64,000 nt of DNA, taken from an uncultured Planctomycetaceae bacterium (GTDB lineage Bacteria; Planctomycetota; Planctomycetia; Isosphaerales; Isosphaeraceae). Every line of letters begins with the position of its first letter. The stretch's first letter is position 1. The notes under the pieces are model-generated. The model was not told the DNA's origin, made no database searches, and was given only the letters and a program-made list of their open reading frames with translations. The DNA lies in the NCBI GenBank assembly GCA_963833985.1, contig CAWIAD010000002.1:3712001-3776000 (forward strand), given 5' to 3'. Positions 12,212 to 23,213 of this stretch are shown here, piece after piece. The position numbers were made by a program, and so were the translations under genes.

Positions 12212-12754
12212 TTGGACTGGCATGCGACGACAATTCTGGCGGTCCGCAAGGCGGGCAAGGTTGCCATGGGAGGCGACGGGCAGGTGACGCTCGGCACCCA
12301 GGTGATGAAGGCCGACGCGGTCAAGGTCCGCAAGCTGCTGGATGGTCAGGTGCTGGTCGGCTTTGCGGGATCCGCGGCCGACGGCTTCGCCCTGCTGGAA
12401 CGATTCGAGGGCAAGCTCAAGGATCATCCCAACAACGTTCCGCGCACGGCGACCGAGCTGGCCAAGCTCTGGCGGACCGACCGGATGCTGCGCCGGCTGG
12501 AAGCAGTGCTCCTGGTGGTGGACTCGCGGCACAGTCTGCTGCTGAGCGGCTCTGGCGACGTGATCCAGCCCAGCGACGGCATCCTGGCGACAGGCTCCGG
12601 CGGAGGCTATGCGCTGGCGGCCGCCCGGGCACTGCTGAAGCATACGGGGCTCTCGGCCGCCGAGATCGTCCGCGAGTCACTGGCCATCGCCGGGGGAATC
12701 GACATCTATACCAACGGCAACCTGACGGTGGAGGAGCTGGAAAGCCTGAGTTGA
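12212..12754 (+). CDS. hslV: ATP-dependent protease subunit HslV
   Basis: [10 protein letters not shown] with N-terminal Thr nucleophile, [26 protein letters not shown] start after GGAGG. Confidence 0.95.
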   Translation: MDWHATTILAVRKAGKVAMGGDGQVTLGTQVMKADAVKVRKLLDGQVLVGFAGSAADGFALLERFEGKLKDHPNNVPRTATELAKLWRTDRMLRRLEAVLLVVDSRHSLLLSGSGDVIQPSDGILATGSGGGYALAAARALLKHTGLSAAEIVRESLAIAGGIDIYTNGNLTVEELESLS

Positions 12755-12861
12755 CGGGTGGGAGCCCGTTCTTCTCTCTCTATCGCTTCTGCCAGAGCCG
12801 GAGAGATCGCCGGAAGCTCCGCAGTATTCATGGGACACCCGATTGGTCTGGAGCCATTGCC

Positions 12862-14239
12862 GTGCATGAGTACAAACCCGAGTTGACTCCCCGGCAGATC
12901 GTCACCGAACTGGACCGCGATATCGTGGGCCAGGCCGACGCCAAGCGGGCCGTGGCCATTGCCCTGCGGAACAGGTGGCGCCGGCGCCAGTTACAGGAAG
13001 ATCTGCGCGCCCAGGTCACTCCCAAGAACATCCTCCTGATCGGGCCGACCGGTGTGGGCAAGACCGAGATCGCCCGCAGGCTGGCCATGCTCGTGGGGGC
13101 GCCGTTCGTCAAGACCGAGGCCACGAAGTACACCGAGGTCGGGTATTACGGCCGCGACGTCGAGAGCCTGATTCGCGACCTGGTCGAGGCGGCGATCCTG
13201 CTGGTGCGAACCGCCGAGCGGCAGACCGTTGAAGAGCAGGCGAAGCTGCGGGTCGAGCAGAAACTTCTGGACCTGCTGCTGCCGCCTGCACCCCATCAGC
13301 CGGCGAACTGGAGCGACACCGAAGCGGCCCAGGCCGATGAGGCCTCCGAGCGCCGCCAGCGCTCGCGAGAGAAGATGAAGAACCGGCTGCTCGCCGGCGA
13401 GCTCGAGGACCGCGACATCGAGGTTACCATCCCCGGCCGCACGGGTGCGCCGATCTCGATCATGGGCGCGGCCAACATGGAGCAGATGGAGATGGATCTC
13501 CAGAGCATGTTCGAGAAGATCATGCCGAAGCAGACGCAAACCCGCCGCCTGACGGTACGCGAGGCCCGGCCCATTTTGCTTCAGCAAGAGACCGATGCAC
13601 TCATCGACCCCGAGAAGATCAACCAGGCCGCCGTCCGTCTGACCGAGGATTCCGGGATCGTCTTCATCGACGAACTCGACAAGATCGCGGGTGACGAGGG
13701 TGCCGTACGGGGCCCGGACGTGTCGCGCCAGGGAGTGCAACGCGACCTGCTGCCCATCGTCGAAGGAACCACCGTGAACACCAAGTACGGACCCGTGAAG
13801 ACCGACCACGTCCTGTTCGTGGCCGCCGGGGCCTTTCATCGCTCCAAGCCTTCCGACCTGATGCCGGAGCTACAGGGACGGTTTCCGATCCGCGTCGAGA
13901 TGCACGACCTGGCGCGCGACGACTTCGCGCGGATCCTGCGCGAGCCCCGGGCATCGCTGCTGCGGCAATACGAGGCATTGCTGGGGGCCGAAGGCGTCAC
14001 GCTCCAGTTCACCAGCGCGGCCATCGAAGCCATGGCCGACCTGGCGTTCCTGGTCAACAGGACCACGCAGAACATCGGTGCACGCCGCCTGCACACCATT
14101 CTCGAGCGCGTTCTCGAAGACATCAGCTTCGAAAGCGCCCGACCGCCAGAACGAGACCATCGTGATCGATGAACCGCTCGTCCGCGAACGGCTCGAGACC
14201 CTCTCGAAGGACGAGGACCTGAGCCGGTACATCCTCTGA
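12862..14239 (+). CDS. hslU: ATP-dependent protease ATPase HslU, frameshift near 14140
   Basis: LTPRQIVTELDRDIVGQ, GPTGVGKTEIARRLA, FIDELDKI, PELQGRFPIRV; the conserved C-terminus DEDLSRYIL* lies in a shifted frame ending at 14239. Confidence 0.95.
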
Positions 14240-14457
14240 TCGCCCCGGCACACCCTCCACCGTCACCTCAAGGCGCCCGTTGAATCTGGAATCGTGTGTG
14301 CGCTCCGGACGCACTTGATTTCGCTGGTTTCAGAAATTACTATAACTGAAGCACTGCCGCGAGAACCGCTCCAGCAGTGAGACCATTTGTATGAACGTGA
14401 GCGAGGTTGCCACGTCTCATCCGCGTCTTCGGGGTAAACCCAGTGAAGACCACTTCT

Positions 14458-15669
14458 ATGCTGCGCAAGGTCACCAGAGACGGTCACGGTTATTCGGTCG
14501 TTGACCTCAATGACGTGAGGCATGTGCTGGCGGTCGCGGTCCCGCGCGGGGATGGCGACCTGAAAACGCAGGCACAGGAAGCGCTGCGGACAATCGAGGC
14601 CGTGCACGATGAAGAAGACACTCTCGGCTCGATCGTGCACCAGGCGGTGTTCGTTGCCGATCCGGAGCTGATTCCGTCCTGCCGCGCAATCATCCGCGAG
14701 TTTTACGGTGAGGACCTGCCTGCGACCTCGTTCGTGATCCAGCCTCCCTGCCAGGGGAAGTTGCTGGCCATCGAGGCGATCGGCGTGGGCCGGGGCAAGG
14801 CGGACGTCCGGATCGAGCGGTTCAGCGACCAGCTCGTCCGCGTCACTCACAACGCGCTCTCGTGGGTGCACTGCGCCAACATCACGCCGCGCGCGGGCGT
14901 CAGCGGCGTGTACAACCAGACCGTCAGTGTGCTCTCGCAACTCCGCGGGATGCTGGCGAAGCTCGACGTCGGGTTCGACCACATCATCCGCACCTGGTTC
15001 TACCTGGGTGACATTGTCGGCGACGAGGGAGATACCCAGCGCTACAAAGAGCTGAACCGCGCCCGCACTGCTTTCTTTGAGGGCGTGGAGTTCCTGGCCG
15101 GCTGCCAGCCCGGCCTGCCCGAACCGCTCTCTCCCTATCCGGCGAGCACGGGCATCGGCGCGCAGGGCAGGGGCCTCATGCTCGGCTGCATCGCGCTGGC
15201 GACCAATCGCCCCGAGATCGTGGCCATGCCGCTGGAGAACCCGAACCAGACCTCGGCTTTCCACTACGCATCCTCGTACAGCCCCAAGAGCCCCAAGTTC
15301 GCCCGGGCGCTGGCCCTGTCGTGCGGCAACTACGCCACCATTTTCATCTCCGGCACGGCCAGCATCGTGTCCTCGGAATCGCGATATCGGGACGACGTTG
15401 AGGCGCAGACGCGCCAGACGCTGGACAACATCGAGCTCCTGATCTCCGAAAACAACCTGAAGCGGCATGGCCTGCCGGGGCTGGGTGCCACGTTCGAGAA
15501 CATGGGGCTGGTGCGCATCTACATCAAGCGCCAGGAGGACTACGAGAAGACCCGCGCCGTCTGCCAGGCACGGCTGGGCGACGTGCCCACCATCTATGCC
15601 GTGGCCGATGTCTGCCGTCCCGAATTGCTGGTCGAGATCGAGGGGATGGCCTTCTCCCGGCGCGGTTGA
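14458..15669 (+). CDS. Chorismatase of FkbO/Hyg5 family (Rid-fold domains)
   Basis: RTWFYLGDI, YKELNRAR, YPASTGIG, LENPNQTSAFHY..SPKFARA, FISGTASIV, ADVCRPELLVEIEG. Confidence 0.75.
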   Translation: MLRKVTRDGHGYSVVDLNDVRHVLAVAVPRGDGDLKTQAQEALRTIEAVHDEEDTLGSIVHQAVFVADPELIPSCRAIIREFYGEDLPATSFVIQPPCQGKLLAIEAIGVGRGKADVRIERFSDQLVRVTHNALSWVHCANITPRAGVSGVYNQTVSVLSQLRGMLAKLDVGFDHIIRTWFYLGDIVGDEGDTQRYKELNRARTAFFEGVEFLAGCQPGLPEPLSPYPASTGIGAQGRGLMLGCIALATNRPEIVAMPLENPNQTSAFHYASSYSPKSPKFARALALSCGNYATIFISGTASIVSSESRYRDDVEAQTRQTLDNIELLISENNLKRHGLPGLGATFENMGLVRIYIKRQEDYEKTRAVCQARLGDVPTIYAVADVCRPELLVEIEGMAFSRRG

Positions 15670-15750
15670 GCGAACCCCTCCTGGAGTATCATGGATTCCG
15701 GGGGCATGTTCGATGCTCCCCTTGTGTCGACCCCGTGGAGCGTAGGCACG

Positions 15751-18700
15751 ATGGTTCGCCTGCATGACCGTGTTTGCCCCAGACGCTTCGGGTTGCTCGC
15801 CTTCGTCATCACCGTGCTGGCAGCGGGTGGTTGCCATGGGCCCGCCCCCGAAGCACCGGTGCCCGCACCGCCGGCCGCGCCAGCGCACGACCAGGCGGGC
15901 GTGACCGGCGCGACGGCCGGGGCCCTCTCGGCCTTCAACCGCGGAGCGGCCCAGCTGGAACAGTACCAGTACGCGGCTGCCGCGAAGACGCTCGAGGGAG
16001 TCGTCGCCTCGTCTCCGGGCTGGATCGCGGCCCGGTTCAACCTGGGCCTGGCGCTCCTCAACCTGCCCGAGACGCCCGACGCCCTGGACCGCGCCGAGGC
16101 TCAGTTCCAGAGCGTGCTCGCGTCTGAGCCCGAGAGTCCGTGGGCGCACTTCTGCCTGGGCGCTCTCTACCAGCACCGCGGAGAGTATGACCGGGCCGCC
16201 GATCATCTCGCGCGGGTCCATGCGGTCGATCCCCACGACCCCTTCGTGAGCTTTGAGTACGCCGAGTCGCTGCGCAAGCTGAATCGCGACCCCGAGGCGC
16301 TGCGCATCCTGGAACAGGTCGTACAGCGTGATCCGGGGTTCGTCTCGGCACTGTACAGCCTGGGCATGCTGTACAACCGGATGCACCAGCGCGAGAAGGC
16401 GGTTGCCGTCCTGAAGCGGTTTGGCGAGCTCAAGCCCCAGGAGCTGGCGGTCGGGTCTTACGGAGTGGTGGAACCTTATGCCGGCCGGGGCAAGTATTAC
16501 ACCGCACTGGGAGCTGACGGTCTGCCGGTTCCGGCCAGTGCCGGCACAGAGGCGCCCCGCGTGCTGTTCTCGCCTGAGATCCGCACGCTCGACGCACGGC
16601 TGGCGGCATGGACCTGGCACGGCGGCAAGGTGAGCGTCCCGGGCATCGCGGTGGGCGACGTCGATGGTGACGGCGACCAGGACCTGGTGATGGCGGGCAC
16701 CGGCTCCACGGGCCAGGCGCGCGTGCTGCTCAACGACGGCAAGGCGCATTTCCAGGGCGGACCGATCCTGGCGGAGCAGACCGTCGCACCCTGCCTGGGC
16801 GACATCGACAACGACGGCGATCTCGACCTCTGGCTGGGCCGGGAGGGGCAGGACCTGCTGCTTCTGGGTGACGGCAAAGGGACCTTCACCAGGGTTCCCG
16901 CACAGCCCGCAGCCGCCGCCGAATTCCTGACCACCTGTGCGCGCCTGCTCGACCTGGATAGTGACGGCGACCTCGACCTGCTGGCGATGCGCATCAAGGG
17001 CGGGTCGCTGCCCGCAGGGAACGAGCAGGTGCCCGCGGCCAGCCGCGTTTTCAACAACAACCTCGACGGCACCTTCGCGGACCTGGCGGCCAGCCATGGT
17101 CTGGCGCTGACTGGCCAGGCAATCTCGGCTGTCGTCCAAGACGACTTTGACAACGACCGCGACATCGACATGATCCTGCTTTCGCCCGCTGGCCGGCCAC
17201 TGGGATGGGAAAACTTCCGGATGGGCCAGTACCGCGTGCGGGACGCTCAGGAGACACAGCTTGAGATTGACCATCCCGTGGCAGCGACCACCGGGAACCT
17301 GTTCGGCACCGGCAACCGCGATCTGCTCGTCTTCGCCGGCAAGGAGCTGGCCCTGTTCCGGAATCGGGGCCTGTGGCGATTCGAGCGCGACGAGAGCTTC
17401 TCGGCAAGTCACGGGTCGCTGGGCGGGACGAGCGGTCAGTTCGTCGATATCGACAACGACGGCGACCTCGATCTGGTCATCGCCGATGCGCACCGCAGCG
17501 ACGGGACGCGCGGGCCAGCGCTCTTGCTCAATGACTGGCCAAACCGGCGGTTTCTCGATGCGGCCCGCGTCGATCCGGGGAACCTGCTCACGCAATGGAA
17601 GTGCGCTGGCCCCGCGCTGGTCGTGGCCGCCGATTTCGACGGCGATGGTAGACCGGACCTGCTCTTCGCGGCCATGGGCCAGGCGCTGTGGTCCTGCTCA
17701 ACGCCACGCGGGGGGGGAACTGGCTGGCACTCGATCTGGTCGGCCAGCGCGGGCAGGACCAGACCAGCCGTTCGCCGACCTCGGCCCTGGGCGCAAGGGT
17801 CGAGTTCCGTGCGGGACACGTCACGCAACAGCTCGTCGTGGGCACGCCATCGGGTGCCACCGCGCTGCCGCCCCTCCGCCTTCTGGCCGGGCTCGGGCCG
17901 CATCGCTCGGTGGACTGGCTGCGGATCCAGTGGCCCGATTCGCTCCTCCAGGCCGAGCTCGAGGTGGCGGGCAACCAGGTGCTGACGCTGCCGGAGGTGT
18001 GCCGCCGGACCAGCTCCTGCCCGCACCTCTTTGCCTGGGACGGCCACGGCTACGCATTCGTGTCCGACTTCGGCGGGGTCGGCGGGCTGGGTTACCGGAC
18101 AGGCCCGTCCTCCTTCGCTCGCCCCGATCCCACCGAGTACGTCACCCTGCCCGGGCTCGCGGTGCGCGACGGCGATTACGTCCTCCAGGTCGTCGAGCCG
18201 CTCGAGGAGGTCGTGTATCTCGACGAGTTGAAGCTGATTGCCGTGGATCATCCCCGGGGCACGCAAGTTCAACCCCGCGAGATGGCCGCCGTCGCAGCCG
18301 ATCCGCCGCTGTTCGAGCTTTACTGCTTCAGCCAGGTCGTCGCGCCGGTCCGCGCGGTGAACGACTGCGGTCAGGATGTCACGGCCGCGCTGGAGAAAAC
18401 CGATCGCGTCTACGCCAGCCCCGCGCTGCGCGACAGCCGCTTCACCGGGTTTGCCCGCGAGCATTTCGTGGAGCTGGATTTCGGGGATCGCCTGGGTGGG
18501 TTACCTCCGTGCGTGCACCCCGTGCTCTTGCTGGACGGCTGGGTTGAATATAGCACGTCCACGTCCAACTTTGCCGCGAGCCAGGCAGGGTTGCGGCTGA
18601 AGGCGCCGAGCGTCCAGGTCCTGCGTGGCGGCCGATGGGTCGAGCTGCGCACGAGGTCGGCTACCCCGCGGGGATTCGCCATACCATGACCATCGACCTT

Positions 18701-19272
18701 GCCGGCAAGCTCCGGCCTGGCGACGTCAAGCTGCGGATCACCAGCAACATGGATTTGTCGTGGGACCGGATCACCGTGGCGGCTCATCGCCCCGAGGCGG
18801 CCCCGAGACTGACTCAAGCACCCGCGCGCACGGCGGAGCTGCATTTCCTGGGCTATCCCCGCGAGTACTCGCCCGATGGGCGGCAGCCCAACCTGCTGGA
18901 TCATTCCAACGTCGATCCCTCCGACACATGGAGGCGCATGCCGGTGCCTACACCCGTTACGGCCAGGTCCGGCCCCTGCTGGAGTCCGCCGATGATCGAT
19001 TCGCGATCCTGGGCGCCGGCGACGAGGTCACGCTTTGCTTCCCGCAGAGCGCATTCGGTCCCATCCCGCCGGGCTGCACGCGTAGCTTCCTGCTCAAGAC
19101 CGATAGCTTCTGCAAGGACATGGATCTGTACACGGGCGGATCGGCAAGCGTGGACCCGCTGCCCTTCCATGCCATGAGCACTTACCCTTATGGTCCTGCC
19201 GAGCGGTACCCGGAGAGCGCGGAGTTTGTGCGCTATCGCCGGGAATACAACACGCGGATCATCGCCCCTTGA
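15751..19272 (+). CDS. Lipoprotein with TPRs, FG-GAP/VCBS repeats, ASPIC/UnbV domain and C-terminal extension; frameshifts near 17690, 18650, 18940
   Basis: Lipobox LAAGGC; TPR helices (FNLGLALLN, LYSLGMLY); repeated GDxDxDGDxDL motifs; GARVEFRAG..GLG..VDWLRIQWPD; SSCPHLFAWDG; continuous across ORFs 15691, 17688, 18635 and 18625. Confidence 0.8.
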
Positions 19273-20488
19273 TGGAGCACGGCGAAAGGGCCGGTTCGGC
19301 CTGGACTGTCCGCCCGGATCGAATGGTGCCGAGCACCACGCGACGACTGTTGCTTCCCAGGCTGTCCCAGGCGATGACTCCGGTGACACCCTCGTAGGGG
19401 CTGACCAGGCGCAGGGCGTCGCCGATTCTGGAACGGTTCAACCCGGCCTTGCGGATCGCCGCGATGAGCAGCTTGACCGCATCGTACGTGTGTGCCGCGG
19501 CATAATCAGGCAGCGCGTGGTACCGCGTTTCGAAAGCAAGGCGGAACGAAGGCGGCAAGGCGTCTGGGTTGCACAATAACGGGAAGAGCACGCCGTCGGC
19601 GGCAGGGCCGGCCGTGGCCGCGAATCGCCTCCGGCCCATGGCGTGAGTGCCCAGGATCAATCCGGAAAAACCGGCCGTGCGCAGTTCCCGGACCAGCAGG
19701 CCCGATGTTTCCGCCCCGGCCACGAGTACCACCGCGGTCAGGCTTTCCGCCAGGACGGTGCGTACCGTCGCGCTCATGCCGGCCCTTTCCGGCGGCAAAA
19801 CGTGCACGAATGACGGAGCGGAATGCCGGCGTTTCAGTTCTCGATCAAGCTCGGTGACGAACCGCCTGGAATCATGATCGGGGGCTGACACAAAACCATA
19901 CTTTCGATCGTTGCAGCGCTCCAGCAGAACCGTCGCCAGCACCGGTGCCTGGAGGTGGTCGCCCGGAAGCACAGAGAACATCCAGGGAACATTCGCGACG
20001 TTCGCGCTGCGGTCGCTACTGGCAGGGCAGACCAGCGGCAGCCGCGCCTTGGCGACAACCTGCTCGGCCAGGTGCGCCGAGGGGCCGTCGCTGCCGCCCA
20101 CGACCGCCCACACGCGATCGCGGTACGCCATCCGGGCGATGAGACCGGCTCCGGTTTTCCAGGGCTCGGCGCTCCATGCGGCGCGGAATCGGAATGGTTT
20201 ACCGTGGTAGCCGCCCTGGGCGTTGGCCTCATCCACGGCCAGCACCGCGGCCTTCCAGAGATCGCCGCTCTCGGGGTCATCCGGATTGTTCGTGCCGAAA
20301 TAACCGAGCAGCACCTCTGACACGTCGGCAGTCGTCTCGCGCTCGCGCCCGGGTCCGGCGTAGGGCTGGGCCTGGAGCCGGAAGTCGCGAAACGGCTGGA
20401 CCGGCGAAGCCCGTGGAGCAAGCGACGTCTGAGCCTGTGCGGTGGCCGCGGACGCCAGAACAGCCAGGGTGAGCAACGGCCAGCGCAT
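19259..20488 (-). CDS. Periplasmic binding protein type I (Leu/Ile/Val-binding-like)
   Basis: Signal peptide; LAVDEANAQGGYHG, VWAVVGG, AAHTYDAVKLLIAAIRKAG, YEGVTGVIAWD. Confidence 0.82.
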   Translation of the reverse strand: MRWPLLTLAVLASAATAQAQTSLAPRASPVQPFRDFRLQAQPYAGPGRERETTADVSEVLLGYFGTNNPDDPESGDLWKAAVLAVDEANAQGGYHGKPFRFRAAWSAEPWKTGAGLIARMAYRDRVWAVVGGSDGPSAHLAEQVVAKARLPLVCPASSDRSANVANVPWMFSVLPGDHLQAPVLATVLLERCNDRKYGFVSAPDHDSRRFVTELDRELKRRHSAPSFVHVLPPERAGMSATVRTVLAESLTAVVLVAGAETSGLLVRELRTAGFSGLILGTHAMGRRRFAATAGPAADGVLFPLLCNPDALPPSFRLAFETRYHALPDYAAAHTYDAVKLLIAAIRKAGLNRSRIGDALRLVSPYEGVTGVIAWDSLGSNSRRVVLGTIRSGRTVQAEPALSPCSIKGR

Positions 20489-20500
20489 GCGGTTTTTGCC

Positions 20501-21945
20501 TCACTCCCTGGCGCCTGGGGCCGCGGACCTGGAGATCCCCATTTGCTCACGCGAAAGGTACTTCCAGCGGGCCTGCTCGCGCCGGGCCAGGAACACCTCG
20601 CCCACATCGTCGAGCACGGGGCTGAAGCGGATCTCGCCGGTCACTCCTTGCCATGGCTCCCTGCGGTAAGCGATCAGGTCGCGCACCTTCGCCCGGTTGA
20701 GGCCGGCCTGCTGGATGGCCCAGATCAGCATGTTCATGCCGTCATAAGCATGTGCGGCGTACGTTTCGGGCTCCTCATGGAACCGGCGCGGAAGCGGTTG
20801 CGGAATTCCAGGTACATCGGCGCGGTCCGCGTCGGGTCCCACGGGTAGGCGCACACGACGCCTTCGGCATTCGCGCCGGCGATCCGAACGAACTCGTCGG
20901 AGACGCAACGGTCGCACGCCACGAACGGCTGGCTCATTCCCGCTGCCCGCATCTGGTTGAGGATCCTGGCGCCGTCGGCGGCGTCGCCCCAGTGGATGAC
21001 CACGTCCAGGTTCGCGGCCCTGAGCCGCTCCAGCTCGAGGCTGAAGTCCTCTGCGCCGATCTTGTACGCCATCTCGATCTGGATGGGACGCTCGAGCCGC
21101 CGGCTGGCATCGCTGATCTCGCGCACGCCGAATCGCCCGTAACGATTGCTCGCCCGGATGATGCCCGCGCGGCGGTACCCGGCCTTGCGGTAGAGGTAGT
21201 CGACCAGGATGTAATTCATCTGGCGGTCGTCGCCGATGCAGCGGGCGACCCACGGAATATTGGTCTCGATGAACGTCGGGTCGGTGTCGCCGGTGTTCAT
21301 GATCAGGACCTCGCACTTGAGCGCGACCCGGATCGCGATGTGGCTGTTGGCGCCGTCGATGGTGCCGAGGATCGCCCAGACCTTGTCCTTGTAAACCTGC
21401 TTGATGATCTCGTTGGCGGATGAGCCCCAGAGTCCGTTGTCGTTGGAGACAACCAGCTCGAAGGGAAGCTTGCGCTTCCGATAGCCGCCCTGTGCATTGG
21501 CCTCCTCGATCGCCAGCTGGCTCCCCTGGTACATCCTTCTGCCCAGCACTTCCTCATGGCTCTTGCCGCCGGTGGCCGCCGACACGGTCGGGTAGAGCGG
21601 CCCCAGGAAGCCGATCTTCACCGTGGACACAGAGACGGGCTCGGGCACGGCCCGGCCTGCCCCGGTCGCTTCAAGCTGGGTCAGGAAATGGGTCCTGAAC
21701 GGCTCCACGTGGTGAAACGGCTCGAGCTCCTTGACCGTGTGCGCGTACTGCTGCTCGGTCTTCAGGGGAAGACGCGGAACCTGGTAGGCGTTCAGCGCGT
21801 TGATCTCCTCGAGGATCGCCCTGGCATCGGCGTCAACGGCCGGTCCCGTCTCCGGAGGCTTCCCCGGCGGAGAGGAACCCTGCCCGAACGCGGGCGGGAT
21901 CAGCGCAACAAAGATCGACACACAAACAACTCGAATGTATTTCAT
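20501..21945 (-). CDS. Periplasmic binding protein type I (LIV-like), frameshift near 20790
   Basis: Signal peptide MKYIRVVCVSIFVALIPPAFG; VKIGFLGPL, QLAIEEANAQGG, VWAILG, AAHAYDGMNML, QGVTGEIRF. Confidence 0.82.
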
Positions 21946-21953
21946 ATTATTGA

Positions 21954-21975
21954 CATTTCTTTTTAAAAAGACATG
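21954..21975. promoter_or_regulatory. AT-rich near-perfect 22-bp palindrome just upstream of the PBP start
   Basis: CATTTCTTTTTAAAAAGACATG, one mismatched pair, in an otherwise GC-rich operon. Confidence 0.4.
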
Positions 21976-21983
21976 AGATGCTT

Positions 21984-23180
21984 CTAGTGATTGCCAGCAC
22001 GCCGGACTCCGGGGTAGTATCCGTCGCCCTTGCCCCATCCCAGCCCCCTGGCGGTGGCCACCCAGACGTCGTTGCCGTCGAAATCAAGATTGATCACGTA
22101 ATTGTGCGGCACGGTACGCTCGAGCTCGATGGTCTTGATTGGCTTTCCCCGGCGAAAGACCTTTGCCTCGCCGCGCAGAGTCTGGGGGTTCCGGGTGTAG
22201 GCGACATAGGTGTCGGAGAAGAAGTCGGCGACGACGCCCATCCCCTTGTCGGTGGCGAACCAACCTTCCGCCGAGCTGCGCCCCCGCACCGCGTTGGTGA
22301 AGTCGCTGGGGATGCCCGTCTCATTGGCATAGAACCCCCGCCAGTTGCGGCCGTCGTAGCGGCAGTTGCCGAAATACGTGGAGACCCAGAGCGCATCACC
22401 CACATGGCTGGCTCCGGTGACGATCACGTGGACAATACCGTCATCGCGGTACAGGTCGATCTCCATCTCGCCGTCGGGATCGATGTACTCCTTCCAGTGC
22501 GCGGTCTTCAGGTCGTACTCCAGGCAGCCGCTTCCCCACACGCCCAGGTAGACCTTCCCCTGGTCGACGCTCACTGAATAGTTCCAGATCTCCTCCATGG
22601 GGGCGTTCTTCTCGTTGAAGATCGCCCACTCGCGCGCCTTGGTGTTGTAGCGGCTGCACCCGGCGGTGGTTGCCGCCCAGACATTGTCGCCCTCCACGGC
22701 CACGCCGTAGACGACGTCGTTGACCAGCCCGCTGTTGAGCTGATGGAAATGGTCGAAACGCCCGCCACTGAACCGCGCCAGACCGCCGCCGAACAGCCCC
22801 AGCCAGACATCTCCGGTGTTGCGGTCCACGTCGATCGCGGTCACGGCCTGAAACGGCAGGCCGTCCTTCTCTTTCCAGCTCCGGATCTTGCCCGTTCGCT
22901 TGTCATAGCAGGCCAGACCGTCCTCGGTGCCGATCCACACTCTGGGCCCGTCCGCCTTGACGGCGAAGATGTGGTCGTTCGGCAGGCCGTCGGCCACCGT
23001 GAAGTGCTTCCACTGCGTGTACACGAAGGGCAGGGCGTCATCGGGCACATCCGCGCGCTGGCCGGCTGCCAGCAGCGGCGCCGGAGTGGGGGGTCTGGGC
23101 TCATCGCCGCCCAGCAAGCAGGGCAGCAGCGCACCCAGCAGGGCCGGTGCGAAGCCGGCGTTGGTTCGGGCTCTCTTCAT
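21984..23180 (-). CDS. Exported beta-propeller protein of two-component regulator propeller type (no kinase domain)
   Basis: Repeats DGLPNDHIFAV..VWIGTEDGLACYD, DGLPFQAVTAI..VWLGLFGGGLARF, SGLVNDVVYGV..VWAAT; signal peptide. Confidence 0.8.
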   Translation of the reverse strand: MKRARTNAGFAPALLGALLPCLLGGDEPRPPTPAPLLAAGQRADVPDDALPFVYTQWKHFTVADGLPNDHIFAVKADGPRVWIGTEDGLACYDKRTGKIRSWKEKDGLPFQAVTAIDVDRNTGDVWLGLFGGGLARFSGGRFDHFHQLNSGLVNDVVYGVAVEGDNVWAATTAGCSRYNTKAREWAIFNEKNAPMEEIWNYSVSVDQGKVYLGVWGSGCLEYDLKTAHWKEYIDPDGEMEIDLYRDDGIVHVIVTGASHVGDALWVSTYFGNCRYDGRNWRGFYANETGIPSDFTNAVRGRSSAEGWFATDKGMGVVADFFSDTYVAYTRNPQTLRGEAKVFRRGKPIKTIELERTVPHNYVINLDFDGNDVWVATARGLGWGKGDGYYPGVRRAGNH

Positions 23181-23213
23181 ACCTGTCCCTCGATCACTAT
23201 CTTGAAACTTGCA

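Noticed and set aside
14263..17595. 1110-aa minus-strand ORF and other long antisense ORFs (e.g. 23821..26076 +, 53498..55186 +, 37067..38812 -, 33623..35083 -)
   Set aside because: Shadow ORFs opposite genes with clear motifs; expected from high-GC codon bias, and they show no recognisable domains.
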